Shown here: positions 60,461 to 64,000 of the stretch, piece by piece
Position numbering within the stretch: position 1 is the first letter of the stretch
How the letters are laid out: each line of letters opens with the position of its first letter
From: Chitinophagaceae bacterium
GTDB taxonomy: Bacteria > Bacteroidota > Bacteroidia > Chitinophagales > Chitinophagaceae
NCBI GenBank assembly: GCA_031360425.1
Contig: JANMBO010000108.1
Span: forward strand, 6,486 to 70,485
Direction: 5' to 3'
Length of the DNA stretch: 64,000 bases
Made by a program: the position numbers and the translations under genes
Notes under the pieces: model-generated
The model's database searches: none
Seen by the model: the letters and a program-made list of their open reading frames with translations, nothing else
What the model was told of the DNA's origin: nothing

Positions 60461-60468
60461 TTTCAAAG

Positions 60469-60540
60469 TAGTCCCGACAGGAATCGAACCTGTATCAAAA
60501 GTTTAGGAAACTTCTATTCTATCCATTGAACTACGGGACC
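60469..60540 (-). tRNA. tRNA-Arg (anticodon CCT)
   Basis: Hand-folded cloverleaf: acceptor GGTCCCG/CGGGACT, D-arm GTTC-AATGGATA-GAAT, anticodon arm GAAGT-TTCCTAA-ACTTT, 4-nt variable loop, T-arm ACAGG-TTCGATT-CCTGT, discriminator A. CCA is not encoded. Confidence 0.88.
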
Positions 60541-60640
60541 GCCTAAATAATAGGGAGGCAAATATAAGAAAGAAAAATAGAGAGATGGGGAGGAAGAATA
60601 ATCAGCCTCATCATTATTAAGTAAATCAATTGCCTTATTG

Positions 60641-60988
60641 CTACAAATGGGTTTGCTTCAAAAAGTCTCCATCCACAATTAATAGCTTTACCATTTCTTT
60701 TGTTACAGAACGGTGCGAACTTAAACCATCCGAAACTAAATAAGTCATTCCGGTAGTTAATACAAATTGTTCTCCCGTTTCCATTTCACTCAGCAATTCT
60801 CCTTCCAGGCAATGTACAATATGTCCTTTCTGGCACCAGTGATCGGCTAAATAACCGGGAGAATATTCAACCAGCCTTATGCGCAACCCGGGTAATTGCA
60901 GAGTTTGCCAACTGGCATTTCCTGTTGCTCCGGGATGAATTGTTTTTGGAATATCGGACCAGTCAATAGTATGAAAAGGGATATTCAT
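60641..60988 (-). CDS. small cupin-fold protein (DHCW-motif type)
   Basis: 115 aa containing ..LADHWCQKGHIVHCLEGEL.. (DH(W)C motif) and a beta-rich cupin-like pattern. Confidence 0.6.
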   Translation of the reverse strand: MNIPFHTIDWSDIPKTIHPGATGNASWQTLQLPGLRIRLVEYSPGYLADHWCQKGHIVHCLEGELLSEMETGEQFVLTTGMTYLVSDGLSSHRSVTKEMVKLLIVDGDFLKQTHL

Positions 60989-61142
60989 TTATTAAAGCAT
61001 TATGATTATTTAATAAAGTGCCTGGGATGCGGAGGCAAAATCAAGACTAGGAAATAATGAAAATTACAAGGACCTTTAATTGGTGGGTAACCAGGTAAAG
61101 GGAGGAATCCTGGGGTAGGATGCTTTTGATAATAGTACATTG

Positions 61143-62933
61143 CTAGGAATAAATTCGGGCAATAGCCTCTTTGTATTTTTCCATAACCACCTTTCTTTTC
61201 AAGGAAAGCTTGGGAGTCATTTCCCCTGTTTCCACGCTCCATTCATTAGGCAAGAGTTCAAATTTCTTAACCTGCTCTACGTGGTTGAAGAATTTATTGA
61301 AGCTTTCGACCAGCTCAAGGTAGAGGGTTAATACTTTTTCATTTTTGATAAGTTCTTCCGGCTTTGCATCAGGTATATTATTATTTCTGCACCAGCCGCG
61401 CAGGTTCGGAAAAGAAGGAATAATTAAAGCGCCTACAAACTTTTCATCAGCACCTACCACCATGATCTGTTCTATAAAGGGCGATTCTTTCAGCTTGCTT
61501 TCAATAGGAAGCGGGGCCACATATTTTCCACCACTGGTCTTGAACAATTCTTTTTTACGGTCAGTAATTTTGAGAAACGTATTATCTGCCATAGTACCTA
61601 TATCTCCCGTTAGTAGCCAGCCATCTTTAATTACCTCAGCGGTAAGATCGGGCCGTTTATAATAACCCATCATCACATTGGGACCTTTGCAAAGTATCTC
61701 TCCGTCTTCCGCAATTTTTATTTCTATTCCTTCAATAGCTGGCCCTACCGTTCCAAACTTTCTTCCTGTTACATCATACCGGTTTACACACATAACCGGT
61801 GATGTTTCTGTTAAGCCATACCCTTCCATTATCGGAATATTACCGGCGGTAAAAATCCGGATCAACCGAACCTGGCAGGCAGCGCCACCGGTTACTATGC
61901 ATTTTATATTACCCCCCAACCCTTCTCTCCATTTACTGAAAATAAGCTTGTTGGCCAGGTCTAACTGTACATTGTACCAAAGTCCCTGGTTGGTATTAAT
62001 CTCAAACTTTTCGGCCAGGCTATGGGCCCAGAAGAATAATTTTCTTTTAATTCCACTCAGTTCAGCTCCCTTTTGCATTATGCGGTCGTACACTTTTTCC
62101 AGCAGGCGGGGTACTGTGGTAAATAAATCGGGTTTCACTTCTCTTAAATTATCTCCGATACTATCCAGGCTTTCGGCATAATAAATAGAAGTGCCCCTGA
62201 ATAAATATAAATAAGTTACCATTCGCTCAAAAATATGATTGAGCGGAAGAAAACTGAGTGCCCGAAGATTGTCGCCCGGTGGAAAGCATTTTATACTGGC
62301 TAATACATTACTGAGAATATTACGATGCGATAACATAACTCCTTTGGGTTTACCCGTGGTCCCAGAGGTGTAAATGATGGTGGCCACATCTTCATATCTG
62401 ATCTTAGCGGAAATTGTTTTAACCTGCGCCAGTAATTCTTCCGTGCTGCTATTAAGTATTTCTTTCCAGTGCTGGGCATTAGGCGTATGTTCAAAAGAAT
62501 ATATTTCTTTGAGACTGGGAACCCGTTCTTTAATACTCAGGACTTTTAAATACAGATCTTCATCATTTACAAACACCATCTTTACCTGGGCATCATTCAA
62601 TACAAATTCCAGTTCATTTACATTAATGGTTGGATAAATAGGAGTAAGAATAGCACCAATCTGTTGCACAGCCAGGTCAAGCAAAATCCATTCCGGGCGG
62701 TTTCTGCAAAGAATAGCCACTTTATCACGACCCTCTACTGTCATATCATTTGGCCCAATGCCCTTGCTCAATAAACCAGCGCTTAATTTATTCACCAAAT
62801 CCTTCACTTGCTGGGTACTGTATTTTTTCCACTGACCGTTTTCTTTTGCTGCCAGCATATCAGGTAAAGGAGTACCCGATAATTGTTGTTCGATACAATC
62901 AAATAGACGTTTAGGTTCATTCATTGCCGGCAA
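61143..62933 (-). CDS. long-chain fatty-acid--CoA ligase (AMP-dependent synthetase/ligase)
   Basis: AMP-binding motif IIYTSGTTGKPKGVMLSH, plus GYGLTETS, TGDIG and ITDRKKELFKTSGGKYVAP. Confidence 0.9.
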   Translation of the reverse strand: MPAMNEPKRLFDCIEQQLSGTPLPDMLAAKENGQWKKYSTQQVKDLVNKLSAGLLSKGIGPNDMTVEGRDKVAILCRNRPEWILLDLAVQQIGAILTPIYPTINVNELEFVLNDAQVKMVFVNDEDLYLKVLSIKERVPSLKEIYSFEHTPNAQHWKEILNSSTEELLAQVKTISAKIRYEDVATIIYTSGTTGKPKGVMLSHRNILSNVLASIKCFPPGDNLRALSFLPLNHIFERMVTYLYLFRGTSIYYAESLDSIGDNLREVKPDLFTTVPRLLEKVYDRIMQKGAELSGIKRKLFFWAHSLAEKFEINTNQGLWYNVQLDLANKLIFSKWREGLGGNIKCIVTGGAACQVRLIRIFTAGNIPIMEGYGLTETSPVMCVNRYDVTGRKFGTVGPAIEGIEIKIAEDGEILCKGPNVMMGYYKRPDLTAEVIKDGWLLTGDIGTMADNTFLKITDRKKELFKTSGGKYVAPLPIESKLKESPFIEQIMVVGADEKFVGALIIPSFPNLRGWCRNNNIPDAKPEELIKNEKVLTLYLELVESFNKFFNHVEQVKKFELLPNEWSVETGEMTPKLSLKRKVVMEKYKEAIARIYS

Positions 62934-63112
62934 TCGTTTACGGGTTAAGAATCAGGAGCCGTTGGACATTCAAATTAATGAAATAAATACAAATAAAATA
63001 GTCGGGAAGCCTGTTTGTCTGCAGACAGGTCCGAAAGTCCGAAAGAAAGGAAGCAAGGCAGCAATAGAGCGAAATGCTCAGGAACTTATCATATCAATAT
63101 AGCGGAGTTAGC

Positions 63113-64000
63113 TTATTTGCTCGTGGAGGTTTGGTAGTACTGCCCCGGAGGTACTTTGAAAACCCTGTTTTTTTGCAGACGGATAAACTCATTGTTTACA
63201 TCTGTGTGCATACTGGTCCATTGCTGGTAAGCAGGTAAATTCCCGGCTGCTCCGAATACCCATTGATTGTATGCGTCAAAAAATCCCATTTTTAATAACT
63301 GGTTGTGGTGCTCAAATAGCCGGAATGGAAAGCGGGCAGCATACTTATCGTACCAATCCAGTATAAAACGGGCCCGAAGCGTAGTTAGAGTTTCCGGTGT
63401 AACGCCTTCTGCTACCACGGCACTATGCTTTTGCATTAAACCCAGGAAGGCGCTAACAAATTCGTTTTTGGTATTTTGATATTTTAAAAAGTCGTTGCCG
63501 GTAAACAGTTTCTTATATCCTTCCAATAAAAGGCTCTTAATTTCAACAGTGCGCAGTGAGTAGCTCTCTATATTGATAAATATTTCTCCATAAATAAGTC
63601 CCCAGGTTTTATCGGCTGATAAGTAATAAAACTTCGCGGCATTGTAATAATTACCGGAATTGTTGGGATCCATTTCAATTCCCTTTTCCCAGAGTTTCGC
63701 TGCTTCCGCAAATTCTTTTTTGGTCCATAACATTTCGCCATACTCATTATACAATACGCCGCTGGCAGGAAATTTTTTCAGTGCGACCCTGTATAATTTT
63801 TCGCAGTCTTTTCTTTCTTCAAGTGCTTTATAGATGAGGGCCAGTATTTGGTACGCCTGTACATCCGAATCTTTCCTCTCTTCAAAAGGCTTGGCTGTTT
63901 CCAATGCTCTCGCATAATCTTTGTTCAGGTAATACGCAAAGGCAAGGTCTTTCAGGAGTTCCAGGTTATTAGCATCATTCTTCAAGAGGCGGTTCAGTAC
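63113..64000 (-). CDS. TPR-repeat protein (5' end outside the window)
   Basis: The frame stays open to base 64000; the ORF-track M at 63985 is an in-frame TTG. TPR-like repeats include LAFAYYLNKDYARALE and AKLWEKGIEMDPNNSGNYYNAAKFY. Confidence 0.6.
   Translation of the reverse strand, partial: VLNRLLKNDANNLELLKDLAFAYYLNKDYARALETAKPFEERKDSDVQAYQILALIYKALEERKDCEKLYRVALKKFPASGVLYNEYGEMLWTKKEFAEAAKLWEKGIEMDPNNSGNYYNAAKFYYLSADKTWGLIYGEIFINIESYSLRTVEIKSLLLEGYKKLFTGNDFLKYQNTKNEFVSAFLGLMQKHSAVVAEGVTPETLTTLRARFILDWYDKYAARFPFRLFEHHNQLLKMGFFDAYNQWVFGAAGNLPAYQQWTSMHTDVNNEFIRLQKNRVFKVPPGQYYQTSTSK

Overview
This is a 64-kb chromosomal segment from a Bacteroidota bacterium. The assignment rests on two SusC/SusD pairs, T9SS C-terminal sorting domains, a ribosomal protein THX gene and weak or absent Shine-Dalgarno sites. 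Gene content looks Chitinophagia/Sphingobacteriia-like, but no finer assignment is possible without a database search. I can support about 47 protein genes and one tRNA-Arg(CCT). I saw no rRNA, CRISPR array, transposase or integrase. The content is mostly housekeeping: asd, ligA, the rplM-rpsI-rpsB-tsf-pyrH cluster, pdxH, an HU protein, xth, split metH, recR, a UvrD-type helicase-nuclease and a fatty-acyl-CoA ligase. Accessory content includes a secreted GH13 enzyme and a LacI/Nudix-regulator neighbourhood, followed by a SusC/SusD locus whose only cargo is two about 1,130-aa FG-GAP/VCBS ASPIC-UnbV proteins. A second SusC/SusD pair has no enzymes. There is also a sigma54 response regulator with an Hpt protein, and an OmpA protein with thrombospondin-3 repeats. 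The most unusual feature is an in-frame insertion of about 165 codons in a surface loop of the MetH reactivation domain. It encodes a DUF559/Vsr-like endonuclease cassette bracketed by GC-rich hairpins, and it is not an intein. Other points worth a second look:
- a leader-peptide/terminator/antiterminator arrangement upstream of asd
- a free-standing NUMOD4-HNH homing-endonuclease-like gene next to ligA
- an unlisted 36-aa ribosomal protein THX gene
- several decayed copies of the tRNA-Arg 3' half next to the intact tRNA
- families of short intergenic word repeats and hairpins

All functional calls come from motif recognition in the translated ORFs. No searches were run.
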